Source: Octopus bimaculoides
Taxonomy: Eukaryota
Direction of reading: 5' to 3'
Length of the DNA: 37,125 nucleotides
Assembly: GCF_001194135.2 (NCBI RefSeq)
Contig: NC_068982.1
Location: 176,470,416 to 176,507,540, forward strand
The notes beneath the pieces are model-generated. The model was not told where the DNA came from. It ran no database searches and worked only from the letters and a program-made list of their open reading frames with translations. Below are positions 36,215 through 37,125 of this stretch, piece by piece; the first letter of the stretch is position 1, and each line of letters begins with the position of its first letter. The position numbers and the translations under genes were made by a program.

Positions 36215-37125
36215 GATCATGAGATCATGGAGAACCACACTGACGTTGAACAATGATAATGAACCTCTAAATGCTGGAGATGTAAGAATTTCATATGGCA
36301 TTTTCCAGGGTGACTCACTATCACCACTACTCTTCTGTCTAGACTTAATGCCTCTCTCAAAATTGTTCAATGATGCACAGTAGGGTTATAAAATATTTGA
36401 TAAAAATATAAATCATCTCATTTACATGGATGATTTGAACCTTTTTGCAAAGAATGACCAACAACTCAAAGGCCTACCAGCGATTGTTAAACAATTCAGT
36501 GATGACATCAGGATGCAATTTGGCCTTGATAAATGTGCAAAAGCTACCTTTATCAAAGGAAAAATGACAAAAACATCTAATGTGAACCTTGACCAGCAAA
36601 ATGTCATAAAAGAGTTAGAACCAGCGGAGAGCTACAAATACCTAGGGGTAATTGAAGGGGACAGTATCAAGCATTCAGTGATGAGGGAAAGGATCAGAAG
36701 AGAATGTTATCGCAGGGTGAGAGCAATACTGAAGACAGAGCTAAACGCAAGAAACAGGATCGAAGTGATCAATGCTTTAGCCACACCAGTCCTGACTTAC
36801 AGTTTCAATATCGTTAACTGGTCAATTACTGAAATATGTAATGTTGACAGAAAAATACGAAAACTGTTGACAATGCATAGAATGCACCATCCTAAGGCAG
36901 ATATAGAACGTCTTTATCTGCTAAGAAAAGAGGGAGGCCGTGGACGTCTACAGCTGGCATTAACAATGAAGGTAGCCACAATTGGCCTAGACAGCTATCT
37001 GAAAAACTCTGAGGACTGGATGCTAAAACTTGTCTCAAAACATGAAAGCAAGCAGGCATCTTACTCAGTAACAAAACAGGCAAAGGAATATCTAAGTGAA
37101 TTCCAATTACGACAAATTCAAGAAT
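36213..37125 (+). mobile_element. 5'-truncated R4/Dong-type LINE RT, near intact, running off the window end
   Basis: One frame from ATG 36219: GIFQGDSLSPLLF, a single TAG at 36381, NHLIYMDDL..FGLDKC..YKYLG..HHPKADIERLYL..GGRG; open from 36384 to 37125. The 5' end abuts (TAA)n at 36183-36212. Confidence 0.95.

Overview
AT-rich, repeat-dominated animal genomic DNA with six N gaps. The SINE families, microsatellite load and LINE content look like a coleoid cephalopod (Octopus-like); this is inferred from recognition, not a database search. I found no convincing host protein-coding exon, tRNA/rRNA gene or CRISPR array. Most ORFs in the track are microsatellite or TE artefacts. Supported content: several tRNA-derived SINE families, two decayed mariner elements, a Penelope-like GIY-YIG remnant, a probable Helentron/DINE-1-type element, and a cluster of R4/Dong-type RT+RLE retrotransposon fragments (27.5-37.1 kb) tied to (TAA)n tracts. 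The most interesting signals are: (1) three minimal type-I hammerhead-ribozyme folds, one just 3' of the Penelope ORF and two in a ~240 bp inverted-repeat pair; (2) a ~360 bp inverted-repeat pair at 7.1/8.8 kb; (3) strand-consistent (TAA)n junctions of the R4/Dong fragments; (4) a candidate promoter/enhancer with duplicated TCACGTGA E-boxes, a bZIP site and CCAAT boxes at 1.6-2.4 kb. Identity values are by-eye estimates unless exact matches are quoted.
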